In this document: positions 45,499 through 55,800 of the stretch, in pieces
How the letters are laid out: every line of letters begins with the position of its first letter
Position numbering within the stretch: position 1 is the first letter of the stretch
NCBI GenBank assembly: GCA_017504245.1
Contig: JAFVRQ010000051.1
Coordinates: forward strand, 23,456 to 87,455
Origin: Clostridia bacterium
GTDB taxonomy: Bacteria; Bacillota; Clostridia; Oscillospirales; CAG-272
DNA length: 64,000 nt
Direction: 5' to 3'
Program-made: the position numbers and the translations under genes
The notes under the pieces: model-generated
Databases searched by the model: none
Seen by the model: the letters and a program-made list of their open reading frames with translations, nothing else
What the model was told of the DNA's origin: nothing

Positions 45499-46587
45499 AT
45501 GGCATATTTATCTTTAAAAGACATCAACAAAATTTATCCCAACGGCTTTCACGCCGTTCACAACTTCAATCTTGAAATTGAGCAGGGCGAATTTATAGTT
45601 TTCGTTGGTCCTTCCGGCTGCGGAAAGTCCACCACCCTTCGTATGATTGCAGGTCTTGAGAATATAAGTAAGGGAGAATTTTATATAGACGGCAAGTATG
45701 CCAACGAGATGCGCCCACGTGAGCGCGGTGTTGCTATGGTTTTTCAAAGCTATGCTCTTTATCCTCACCTTTCGGTTTACGATAATCTTGCATTCGGTCT
45801 TTCACTTCAGGGTATTGACGAGGACGTTATTGAGGAAAGAGTTCTTGCAACCGCTAAAATTCTCGGTCTTTCCGATTATCTTGACAGAAAGCCCCGTGCT
45901 CTTTCGGGCGGTCAGCGTCAGAGAGTTGCAGTTGGTCGCGCTATTATTCGTAAGGTTGGTATCTTCCTTATGGACGAGCCCCTTTCTAACCTTGACGCAA
46001 AGCAGCGTGTTACGATGCGTTCTGAGATCACGGATATACATAGAAAGGTCGGTTCAACAACCATTTACGTTACTCACGACCAAACCGAAGCTATGACGAT
46101 GGCGGACAGAATCGTCGTTATGAAGGACGGCTACATTCAACAGGTTGGTAATCCTTATGAATTATATTTCAAGCCCGTTAACCTTTTCGTTGCAGGATTT
46201 ATCGGTGAGCCGCCTATGAACTTCGTTCGCGCAACGGTTAATGACGGCTGCGTTGAAATTGCAGGCGAAAAGCACGATCTTTCACTCGTTGTTGGTGAAA
46301 GAATCAATGAATACAATGGCAAGGACATTATGTTTGGCTTCCGCCCCGAAGCAATTTCGCTTGCGGAGGTTGAAAATTCATTCAAGCTCTCTGCTGACGT
46401 TGAGCTGACAGAGCTCCTTGGCGATAACACGAACGTTTACGTTGATATGATGGGTGACAAGGTTATTTTGAAGGTTGACCCACACGATACTCCTAAAATG
46501 GATACGAGGATTTCTTACTGTGTTCCACACAAGAACGTTTACCTCTTTGACGCGGAAACTGAGACTGTTATTAACAAGTATGAATAA
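45499..46587 (+). CDS. MalK/MsmK/UgpC-type sugar ABC transporter ATP-binding protein (copy 2)
   Basis: GPSGCGKST, LSGGQRQRVAVGRA and LMDEPLSNLD. Clearly a paralogue of 39725-40789, colinear over the full length. Confidence 0.9.
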   Translation: MAYLSLKDINKIYPNGFHAVHNFNLEIEQGEFIVFVGPSGCGKSTTLRMIAGLENISKGEFYIDGKYANEMRPRERGVAMVFQSYALYPHLSVYDNLAFGLSLQGIDEDVIEERVLATAKILGLSDYLDRKPRALSGGQRQRVAVGRAIIRKVGIFLMDEPLSNLDAKQRVTMRSEITDIHRKVGSTTIYVTHDQTEAMTMADRIVVMKDGYIQQVGNPYELYFKPVNLFVAGFIGEPPMNFVRATVNDGCVEIAGEKHDLSLVVGERINEYNGKDIMFGFRPEAISLAEVENSFKLSADVELTELLGDNTNVYVDMMGDKVILKVDPHDTPKMDTRISYCVPHKNVYLFDAETETVINKYE

Positions 46588-46589
46588 TA

Positions 46590-46627
46590 AAAAAAGAACA
46601 GGTAGCCGATTGGCTACCTGCTTTTTG
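46590..46627. terminator. Bidirectional rho-independent terminator
   Basis: CAGGTAGCC-GAT-TGGCTACCTG flanked by an A-run and CTTTTTG. Confidence 0.75.
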
Positions 46628-46632
46628 TTAAT

Positions 46633-47991
46633 TTAAAAATTAAAATATCTTATTGCATTATAATAGCAAATACCCGAGACAATTTCGGTAAGTCTTTCCA
46701 TATCAGCAGGATATTCGCCCTCGTCAACCCATTTACCGATGAGGTTACAAAGTATTCTTCTGAAATACTCGTGGCGAGGATAAGAAACAAAGGAACGGCT
46801 ATCGGTAAGCATACCTACGAAGCGTGCAAGCATACCGAGGTTTGCAAGCGCCTGCATCTGCGCTTCCATTCCGTCGCGCTGATCGTTAAACCACCAGCCG
46901 GATCCGAACTGAATCTTACCCGCTACAGGCGCTTTTTGGAAGTTACCGAGCATAGTGCCAAGAACATAGTTATCCTTAGGATTAAGTGTATATAGTATTG
47001 TTTTTGGAAGAATATCACGGTATTCAAGAGAATCCATAAATTTTGAAAGGTTCTCTGCTATGCAAAGGTCATTGATTGAGTCAAATCCAACGTCCGCGCC
47101 AAGCTTTTCATACATTCTTCTGTTATTGTTACGAAGCGCGCCAATATGAAGCTGCATTGCCCAGCCAAGACGAGTATATTCCTCGGCGCAAACCGTTAGC
47201 ATTGCGGTTTTGAACGCGTCAATTTCCTCATTTGTTAGTTCTGTGCCCGCCATTCTCTTATTAAAAGCTGCTTCAGGATCACCAATACCGAACGGAACGT
47301 ATTCAAGCGCGTGGTCGGAAAGACGGCAGCCGTGTTCGTGGAAATACTGAATTCTTGCTCTCATCCAAAGTACAAGCTCTGAATATGTTTTGACACCTGT
47401 TTGTTCGATATATGGAACGAAGGTTTCCTTGCCGATTTCAACCGCCTTATCGGGACGGAAGGTGGGCAAAATCTTCGTTTCAAAATTCTTTAACTGCTCG
47501 TGATATTCAAGAGTATCAAGGGGATCGTCAGTTGTGCAGATAATTGCAACATTGGAACGCTTAATAAGATTCTGAGCGCTGAATTCATCCTTAGCAAGAC
47601 ACTCATTTACTCTATTCCAAATTCTTTCGCAGCTTTCCTCGTTGAGAGTTTCGTCAATATCGAAATATCTCTTAAGCTCAAGGTGTGTCCAATGGTAAAG
47701 AGGATTGCCAATAAGATAAGGAATCGTTCTTGCAAACGCCTTGAATTTTTCATATTCGTCAGCGCTTCCCGTGATATACTCCTCGTCAACGCCGTTGGTT
47801 CTCATCTGACGCCATTTATAATGGTCGCCGCCGAGGAAAAGGTCAAATGCATTTCTAAATTTATAGTTCTCTGCTATCATCTTAGGAGAAAGATGGCAAT
47901 GGTAGTCAACAATGGGAAGGTCCTTAACTGCTTCGTAAAGCTTTCTTGCAGTTTCACCCTTAAGCATAAAATTATCGTTAATAAAGCTCAT
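46633..47991 (-). CDS. uxaC: Glucuronate isomerase
   Basis: FMLKGETARKLYEAVKDLPIVDYHCHLSPK is the canonical UxaC N-terminus. ATGA overlap with uxaA. Confidence 0.95.
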   Translation of the reverse strand: MSFINDNFMLKGETARKLYEAVKDLPIVDYHCHLSPKMIAENYKFRNAFDLFLGGDHYKWRQMRTNGVDEEYITGSADEYEKFKAFARTIPYLIGNPLYHWTHLELKRYFDIDETLNEESCERIWNRVNECLAKDEFSAQNLIKRSNVAIICTTDDPLDTLEYHEQLKNFETKILPTFRPDKAVEIGKETFVPYIEQTGVKTYSELVLWMRARIQYFHEHGCRLSDHALEYVPFGIGDPEAAFNKRMAGTELTNEEIDAFKTAMLTVCAEEYTRLGWAMQLHIGALRNNNRRMYEKLGADVGFDSINDLCIAENLSKFMDSLEYRDILPKTILYTLNPKDNYVLGTMLGNFQKAPVAGKIQFGSGWWFNDQRDGMEAQMQALANLGMLARFVGMLTDSRSFVSYPRHEYFRRILCNLIGKWVDEGEYPADMERLTEIVSGICYYNAIRYFNF

Positions 47992-49358
47992 AACGTTACA
48001 CCGTCCTTAAATATTGAAATTTCGCGATAGGAGTGCAATTCGTTCTTAGTTTGCTCTCCTTCTGCAACTTTTAGTATGTATTCGAACAATTCGTTTGTTA
48101 ACGGATCTCCATCAAGAGTTGGAGAAGCATCGAAGTCTATCCAATTCTTCTTGCGCTCCGCAAGTGAACGATTAGTTGCGATCTTAACCGTGGGCACGGG
48201 TCCGCCAACGGGTGTTCCGCGTCCGGTTGTGAAAAGAATGATATGGACGCCTGCAGCTGTAAGATTTGTAATCGCTACAATGTCATTTCCGGGACCGTTA
48301 AGAAGAGAAAGACCGTTCTTCGTAATGACGTCACCGTAATCAAGCACATCAACTATATTTGAAAGACCGCCCTTTTGAATGCAACCGAGTGATTTTTCTT
48401 CAAGGGTACTGATTCCTCCCTTTTTATTTCCAGGAGATGGATTTTCATATATAACTTGATTATGTCTTGTGTAATAATCCTTGAAATCGTTGATAAGCTT
48501 AACGCATTTATCAAAAATTTCCTCGTTTTCTGCTCTTGCCATCAAAAGATGCTCTGCACCAAACATTTCGGGAACCTCGGTAAGAACACAGCTGCCTCCG
48601 CTTGCAATTACCTTATCGGAAAGACGACCTACAAGTGGATTTGCAGTAATTCCGCTATAGCCGTCACTTCCACCGCATTTGAGTCCGATTTTGAGCTTAC
48701 TTACGGGCACGGGCTGACGTTCAAAGGTGCTCGCATAATCCTGAAGCTCACGCACGAGTCGAACGCCTTCGGCAACGTCATCGTCAAAGTCCTGCGCATT
48801 GAGGAATCTAACACGCTTTTCGTTCGTTTCACCGAGAACCTTTTTAAAAACGTCGATATTATTGTTCTCACAACCGAGTCCGAGAACAAGCACGCCGCCT
48901 GCGTTGGGGTGATTTACAAGTCCGCGAAGGATTAATTGAGTGGTTGTTTGGTCATCACCAAGCTGCGAGCAACCGAAGGGATGCGGAAAATGAAGCGCGC
49001 CCGTTTCCTTTGCAATCTGCTCTGCAACCTTATTCACGCAACCAACAGTTACAACGATCCAAACATCGTTTCTGATGCCAACGTCACCGTTTTCTCTGAC
49101 GTAGCCCATAAAGGTGCGGCTCTTGTCCTCTTCGTCGATATTGTAAAACGTCGGCTCGTATGTATATTCAAGATTGCCCGAGAGGTTAGTCTTGATATTA
49201 TGATTATGAACGTGCTCACCCTTTGCTATATCAACGATAGCGTGTCCTATCGGATTACCGTATTTAATAATATTTTCACCTGCCTTGATGTCACGGAGTG
49301 CATATTTATGCCCATTTTCAAGGTTGATGTCAACGTTGTCCAATTTGTTAATTAGCAT
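47988..49358 (-). CDS. uxaA: Altronate dehydratase
   Basis: N-terminal SAF domain (ALRDIKAGENIIKYGNPIGHA) plus a UxaA C-terminal domain with CSQLG/GCEN cysteine motifs. Confidence 0.9.
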   Translation of the reverse strand: MLINKLDNVDINLENGHKYALRDIKAGENIIKYGNPIGHAIVDIAKGEHVHNHNIKTNLSGNLEYTYEPTFYNIDEEDKSRTFMGYVRENGDVGIRNDVWIVVTVGCVNKVAEQIAKETGALHFPHPFGCSQLGDDQTTTQLILRGLVNHPNAGGVLVLGLGCENNNIDVFKKVLGETNEKRVRFLNAQDFDDDVAEGVRLVRELQDYASTFERQPVPVSKLKIGLKCGGSDGYSGITANPLVGRLSDKVIASGGSCVLTEVPEMFGAEHLLMARAENEEIFDKCVKLINDFKDYYTRHNQVIYENPSPGNKKGGISTLEEKSLGCIQKGGLSNIVDVLDYGDVITKNGLSLLNGPGNDIVAITNLTAAGVHIILFTTGRGTPVGGPVPTVKIATNRSLAERKKNWIDFDASPTLDGDPLTNELFEYILKVAEGEQTKNELHSYREISIFKDGVTL

Positions 49359-50632
49359 TTTTCAATCTCCTCTGTCAGATAGGACAAATCCTCTCCCCAA
49401 AAATCAACGTTAGCAAGAATTTCGCGTGTGTTATGCGTTTTCATAAACTCAATAACCTCGGGAGCATCCTGAGGCATATCGGTTTTATAAAACTCAAGCA
49501 GCTTTGCAAACGCAAAAATGAGAGTTTCGGGAAATTTTCCGTATCTCTTTTTGTATTCGAGAATCGAAGGAAGAACTCTTACTTTGAATTTGCTTACAGA
49601 GTTTAGGGAGATGGCGGAAAGATAGTGCTTGATATAGGGATTGCCAAATCTTTCAACAACGCTGTTTGCATAAGCCAAAAGCTCGTCTTTAGGAAGGTCG
49701 AGCGTGGGGCAAATTTCATCAAACACGCAGCTTCTGAGGTGGGCGCACATTCTTTCATCGTCGATGCAGCTCTTAACCGTATCAAAGCCCTCAAGCATTG
49801 CGTAAGGAACGAGGGACGTGTGCGCACCGTTAAGAATACGAACCTTTCTCGTTCTATACATTTCGAGTTTATCTTTTGTAACGATGACGTTAAGCCCTGC
49901 AGAAGCGAAAGGAAGCTCACTTTCAAGGTCGTGCTCCGTTTCAATTACCCAAAGGTGGAAGAATTCACTTGTGTTAAGAAGGTTATCCTCATAACCAAGT
50001 CCGAGATCCTCGCCTCTTGGGAAGCCCGTATTAATTCTGTCAACGAGGGTGTTGGTAAACACGTTTTCGTTCTCTACCCAAGCGCAGAAATCGTCACCTA
50101 AATTCCAAAGCTCTGCATATTTGAGAATGCATTTTTTAAGGTTATCACCGTTTCTGTCAATAAGCTCGCAAGGAAGGAAGATAAAGCCACCAAGTCCAAG
50201 CTCAAATCTTCTCTTTAAAAGAAGCGTTACCTTTGCAGGAAAGGTTTTAGGAGGTGCATCCGTAATTTTATCATCATTGGAGAAAACGATACCGGACTCT
50301 GTAGTATTTGAAACAACGAAGCGGAAATCGGGATTTTCTGCAAGTGCAAGATATGAAGCAAAGTCCTCATAGGGCTTTACGCAACGGGAGATAACGTCAA
50401 CAACGGTTGTGTCAACTCCCTCAACACCGCGAATAACGTGTGTATACACGCAATTCTGCGCGGTAAGAAGGTCGCACATACCCATTTCAATGGGCTGAAC
50501 AACAACTACGCTACCGTTAAAGTCGGAGCTTTCATTTACCTTTTGAAGCATCCAGTCCACAAATCCGCGAAGGAAGCCCCCTTCACCAAACTGAATTACT
50601 CTTTCGGGTCTTATTGTTTTTTCAAAATTCAT
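49352..50632 (-). CDS. uxaB: Tagaturonate reductase (altronate oxidoreductase)
   Basis: PERVIQFGEGGFLRGFVDWM matches E. coli UxaB PERIIQFGEGNFLRAFVDW. Start set at MNFEKT, which follows GGGAGGA. Confidence 0.85.
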   Translation of the reverse strand: MNFEKTIRPERVIQFGEGGFLRGFVDWMLQKVNESSDFNGSVVVVQPIEMGMCDLLTAQNCVYTHVIRGVEGVDTTVVDVISRCVKPYEDFASYLALAENPDFRFVVSNTTESGIVFSNDDKITDAPPKTFPAKVTLLLKRRFELGLGGFIFLPCELIDRNGDNLKKCILKYAELWNLGDDFCAWVENENVFTNTLVDRINTGFPRGEDLGLGYEDNLLNTSEFFHLWVIETEHDLESELPFASAGLNVIVTKDKLEMYRTRKVRILNGAHTSLVPYAMLEGFDTVKSCIDDERMCAHLRSCVFDEICPTLDLPKDELLAYANSVVERFGNPYIKHYLSAISLNSVSKFKVRVLPSILEYKKRYGKFPETLIFAFAKLLEFYKTDMPQDAPEVIEFMKTHNTREILANVDFWGEDLSYLTEEIEKC

Positions 50633-50822
50633 AATAACATCCTCCCAAAATAAAAATATCAAAAAAATCTTGTCTTTGTGAATTGAGGACAAATCCCCAT
50701 ATATTATTTTATACCCATATTGGATAATATTCCTTAAAAAAATTGCATTTTTACATAAACTATCTTGATTTTTTTGATATTATGTGTTAGAATGATTATC
50801 AAGTTAAGCAGGAGGAAAATAT

Positions 50823-51638
50823 ATGACTTCTAATATTGCCAAAAATTTTGAGAGCTTTTACTTCCATCACACAAAAAACAAAACCTGCTCAAATTCAACC
50901 GAGCATAATCATTTGGGAATAGAAATTTATTATATGCGCGAGGGTAAGTGCCATTATTTTATCAATGATAAATCCTATGATATTATTTCCGGTGACATTA
51001 TACTTGTTCCAAAGGGAGCACTCCACGGAACCAGCTACGGCTCAAAGCCCTGCACACGGTTGCTCATAAATTTTGATGATAGTATCATTTCAAAAGAGGT
51101 CTTAGAGGGTATCAGGAATATTGAATATCTTTATAGAAATCCTCAAACAATCAGTAATATTGATAGGATTTTTGATGCAATTGAATCTGAATATTTGCGA
51201 GCAGATTCGCTTTCAGGTGCTGCTCTCACAAGCATTACCGAAGCTTTGCTCATTTTTATCATCCGAAATCAGCAGCACAAGTCAGTACACGAGAATAACA
51301 CCATAGTTCAATCAGCCGTTAAGTACATTCAGGATAACTATATGTCCACTATCCGACTTGCCGAGGTTGCTAAAATGCTTTCCGTTAGCGAGGAGCATCT
51401 ATCAAGAACCTTTAAAAAGGAGATTACCTTTGGCTTTAGCGAATACGTTACGCTTATCCGACTTCAAAAGGCGGAGCATATGCTTAAAAACGAACCGAGC
51501 CGCGCAATTACAGAGGTTGCTTATGCCTGCGGCTTTAACGATAGCAATTATTTTTCATACAAATTCAAAAAGGCATACGGAGTTACCCCCACCGAGGTGC
51601 GTGACGGCGCGTTGAATTCTAAGCATATCCCGGATTAA
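50823..51638 (+). CDS. AraC family transcriptional regulator (cupin + HTH)
   Basis: N-terminal cupin (GDIILVPKGALHG) and C-terminal double HTH (ACGFNDSNYFSYKFKKAYGVTP). Divergent from uxaBAC. Confidence 0.85.
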   Translation: MTSNIAKNFESFYFHHTKNKTCSNSTEHNHLGIEIYYMREGKCHYFINDKSYDIISGDIILVPKGALHGTSYGSKPCTRLLINFDDSIISKEVLEGIRNIEYLYRNPQTISNIDRIFDAIESEYLRADSLSGAALTSITEALLIFIIRNQQHKSVHENNTIVQSAVKYIQDNYMSTIRLAEVAKMLSVSEEHLSRTFKKEITFGFSEYVTLIRLQKAEHMLKNEPSRAITEVAYACGFNDSNYFSYKFKKAYGVTPTEVRDGALNSKHIPD

Positions 51639-51649
51639 GTGAGGTTTCT

Positions 51650-52630
51650 ATGGAAGATTTATTATTTGCCTTAAACGTCGTTTTACCCATCATTTTGATG
51701 ATTGTTGTCGGCTATATTTTGAAAAAAGCAAAGCTACTTACGGAGGATACAGCAAAAAAGCTTAATACTCTCGTTTTCAGACTTTTTCTTCCGATAATGC
51801 TTTTCTTGAACGTTTATAAAATACAGAATTTTAGTGAAATTGACTTTACGTTCGTTTTCTATGCCATAGGAATTACCGTGCTTCTCTTCCTTATCGGCAT
51901 TCCCGTTATGCACGTTTTGTTCAAGGATAACAGGCAGCGAAGCGTTATGCTTCAAGGAATTTTCAGAGCGAACTATGCGCTCGTGGGTATTCCGCTTGCG
52001 GAGTCGCTTTTCGGTGCTGAGGGTAGTATTATGGCCTCTCTGCTCTCGGCATTTATCGTACCCGTTTTCAATATTTTGGCGGTGATTTGCCTAACGATTT
52101 ATTCCGCGGGTGACAAAAAACCGAGCTTTAGCGGAGTTATCAAGGGTATAGCGAATAATCCGCTTATTCAGGGTATTACTTGTGGATTATTAGCACTCGG
52201 CGTGCGCGCGATATTCGTTAAATTTGGAATTGAATTCCGCATCTCGAATATTACTCCGATTTACAAAACCTTGCAAAATCTTTCAAGCGTTGCAACTCCC
52301 CTCTCTCTTTTGGTGCTTGGCGCGAGATTTGAGTTGTCTGCTATTCCACATTTGAAGAAGCATATAATTATCGGCACTGTTAACAGAGTCGTTATCGTGC
52401 CTATAGTTGGCATTACTATTGCGGTTTTGCTTAATCGTTTTAGTGGCGCACAGTTTGCAAGCTTTGTTGCTTGCTTCTGCACACCAATCGCCGTTTCAAG
52501 TGTACCGATGTCGCAGGAAATGGGCGCGGATGCCGATCTTATGGGGCAGCTTGTGGTTTGGTCAACCGTGTTCTCTGCCTTCAGTATTTTCATTGCTTCG
52601 TTCATTTTGAAGGCACTTGGAATATTCTAA
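51650..52630 (+). CDS. AEC (auxin efflux carrier) family transporter
   Basis: About 10 TM helices. N-terminus LNVVLPIILMIVVGYILKK...LVFRLFLPIMLF is typical of the AEC family. Confidence 0.8.
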   Translation: MEDLLFALNVVLPIILMIVVGYILKKAKLLTEDTAKKLNTLVFRLFLPIMLFLNVYKIQNFSEIDFTFVFYAIGITVLLFLIGIPVMHVLFKDNRQRSVMLQGIFRANYALVGIPLAESLFGAEGSIMASLLSAFIVPVFNILAVICLTIYSAGDKKPSFSGVIKGIANNPLIQGITCGLLALGVRAIFVKFGIEFRISNITPIYKTLQNLSSVATPLSLLVLGARFELSAIPHLKKHIIIGTVNRVVIVPIVGITIAVLLNRFSGAQFASFVACFCTPIAVSSVPMSQEMGADADLMGQLVVWSTVFSAFSIFIASFILKALGIF

Positions 52631-52643
52631 AGCTTAATAGATT

Positions 52644-52683
52644 ACACACGAAGGCTTTTTTTAGGGCTTTCGTGTGTTTTTTT
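52644..52683 (+). terminator. Rho-independent terminator
   Basis: ACACACGAAGGC...GGCTTTCGTGTGT stem followed by a T7 run. Confidence 0.7.
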
Positions 52684-52880
52684 ATGAACACGCATTGTCA
52701 ACTTAACCAAAAACGAGTTACTCTTTTTGTTTAAATGTTAGAAAATGCTTGATTTTAGGGTGTTTATTATTAATTTGATACAAATTCGGTTGATTTTTTT
52801 GTTTAAATATGATAAAATATACACAATGGCATAATGTTTCAAAAATTACACTTATTGTGCTAAAGATTGGAGGATTTTTT

Positions 52881-55800
52881 ATGAAAATTAAGTTCACGAA
52901 AAGGGCTCTTTCATTACTACTCGCAGCATTTATGGTGCTCCCGTTAATGATGCCCCTTATGGTTGCCTTCGCCGAGGATGAAGAGACAACTTACGTGTTA
53001 AACGCAAGTATGCTTCCCGACGTTGCTGCAGGCTCAAAGAAGGACGGTGATACCGACACGGGTGGTACGGACAACTTCTTTACCATTCACTACGGCGCTA
53101 AAACGCGTGTTGAGTCGAACAGCAAAACCTTCCACGACGGTGTTAGTGCTACAAAACGTATTAATATGCAGCAAAAAACCGCTTTGAGCGCAACACCAAG
53201 CGCTGCTATATCCTTCAAAACCGAAGCGTCTGCTACGGTTAAGGTTTGGTGGGTTTGCGGCGACGCAGGCCGTAATATGACGATCTTTGACGGCGAGTTT
53301 AATCCTATCTATGCTTCTGAGGTCATAAGCTATGCTTCCGATGATAAGCAATTTACAACCCCTCTCGCTTCTCCAAACAAGAATGCCTTGTGCGTTTCAA
53401 CCTTTATGGTAACCGAAGCGGGCAAGTTTTATCTCGGATGCCTTGAGGGAAGCAACTATATCTATAGAGTTGACGTTATAACGAAGCCCCTTGACAAGGG
53501 TCCAAGAGCAGATTGGTCAACTGTTGCCAACCCCGTTATCACGTCAGTAACAACAAACGACATCGGAAATCTCTCCGTTAATGTTTCCGGCTACGTTGAT
53601 CACAACGGCGCGGACTATCTTACCGTTAATCTTATGAAGGACGGAAAGGTTATTTCCACATCCAAAACAACCTCCGTTAACACCGAGCATTCAGTTCTCT
53701 TCTCTCCCGTTACCTCCGGCGAATATACCGTTGAGGCAATTTTGACCCGTAAAAATGAAGAGGACAAGAAATCAGAGGTTTACACCTGCAATTACAAGAT
53801 ACCTCTAGTTGCTCCTTACATAACAAACGTTACTAACCTTGGTGGCGGCAATACTCTCGTTGTTTGGAATGCAGTCAGAGAAGCTGAAAGCTATCTCATC
53901 TCCGTAAACGGCGGTGAGGCAATCAGCCAGACCGCGCGCGAGATTACTCTTGAAAATCTTACTATTGGTGAAAATACAATTCAGATCACCGCAGTTTCTG
54001 GTGACAGACAGATCTCAGCAGATCCCGTTACCTTTGAGGTTAAGGCGGATGCTGAAATCGGTTGGAACTACGTTGTTTACGGTCCTTCCACAAGCGAAAC
54101 GCTTAACACCTACGTTGAAAACGAGGATGGCTCTGTAACTATTTCTGCAGGTGACTACTCCGATTTGGATAGCGTTAGCCCCGGCGGTAAGCTTCAGCCC
54201 ACGGGTGTTGACGGCCTTGGATTCTATTACACAGCAGTTCCCACGGATAAGAACTTCACCTTCCGTGTTAACATTCACGTAAACTCCTGGGTTCTTACGA
54301 ACGGTCAGGAGGGCTTCGGTATTATGGTTACCGACCACGTGCCCTCTGCTGATTATTACTCAGGCGACTTCTGGACAAACCAATATCAAGCGGTTTCCAC
54401 GAAAATTGAATATCGCTATGAGGTTGACGATGAAGGAAATTACAGCATCAATACAAATGCATCGGGTATTGGAACGAAATATACGATGAAGCTCGGTATC
54501 GGTACGATTTCCAAAATCGGCATCGACCAATCTATTATCGATAGAACAGCACTCGGCGAAACCGGTCTTATCGTTGGTCCTAACGGTCAGCTCAAGAGCG
54601 TTGTTCAATCCCTTGAAAGAAGCGCGGGCTTTGCAAATAAAGAACCCGGTCAGTATAACGTTATCGGCAACTACGTTGGTAACGAGCCCGAGGGCACGCT
54701 TGAGGACAGATTTGTCGTAACGGATCTTATCCTTGAAATTCAGAAGAACAACACAGGTTACTTTATTACCTATTACGATCAGAACGGTAACGTTGTCAGA
54801 CAGATTAAAAACTATGAGCACGATGCTCTTGAAAAGTTCGATAGCGAATACGTTTACGTTGGTATGTTTGCGGCTCGTTCCACTAACGTTACCTTCTCCG
54901 ACTACTCGCTCACCGTTATTGACGAAGAGGACGATAAGCCCGCTGAGGAAAGACCTACTGAATATATCAATCCTATTCTTACAGTAACCTCTACGAATGC
55001 TATCTCCTCAACAACCTATGAATTCGTTGCCGACACTAACCTTGACGGTTGGATCCAAATCAAGATTGGCAACAAGGTTCTCGTTGACGAGCTTCCTATC
55101 AAGAAGTACGAACGTCTTACAAAGGTTTATGACCTTACCGAATACGTTAAGCTCGGAGAAAATAACCTTCAGGTTAAGTTTACTCCCGATAGAGATCAGG
55201 AGCTTGAGCCCTATACCGAAATCAAGCCCGGCGTGAATGCGGTATATCACGAGGATATTCTTACATTCTTCAAGGGCTCTTACCACACAAAGACAATTTA
55301 CGTTTCTCCAACCGGTGTTTATAACGGCAACGGAACAAGAGAAAATCCATACGATATTTATACCGCGGTTAACCGCGTAATCCCCGGTCAGACCATCGTT
55401 CTTATGGAGGGTACTTACACTCTTAAAACAGGTCTCAGAATTCAGAGAGGTATGAACGGTACCGAAGAAGCTCCCATTCGTATGATCGCTGACCCCGAGG
55501 CAACAACCAGACCCGTTCTTGACTTCGTTCACGAGGGTACCGGTATTACCCACGGCGGTAACTGGTGGCATTTCTACGGCTTTGACGTTACCAACACACT
55601 CGACTCCTATAAGGGCTTCCAGGTTTCCGGCAGCAACAATATCGTTGAAAACGTTCACACATATCGCAACGGTAATACAGGTCTTCAGATTAGCCGTTAT
55701 CACACCGCAGACCTTTATAAAGAGCAATGGCCTGCTAACAACCTTATCTTGAACTGCGTATCCTACGGTAACGCGGACAAGGGCTATGAGGACGCAGACG

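Noticed and set aside
52809-52880. Upstream extension of the PL9-like ORF (MIKYTQWHNVSK...)
   Set aside because: No RBS. The in-frame ATG at 52881 follows GGAGGA and begins a canonical signal peptide.
55008-55727. 239-aa minus-strand ORF
   Set aside because: Antisense to the PL9-like gene. No RBS or motifs.
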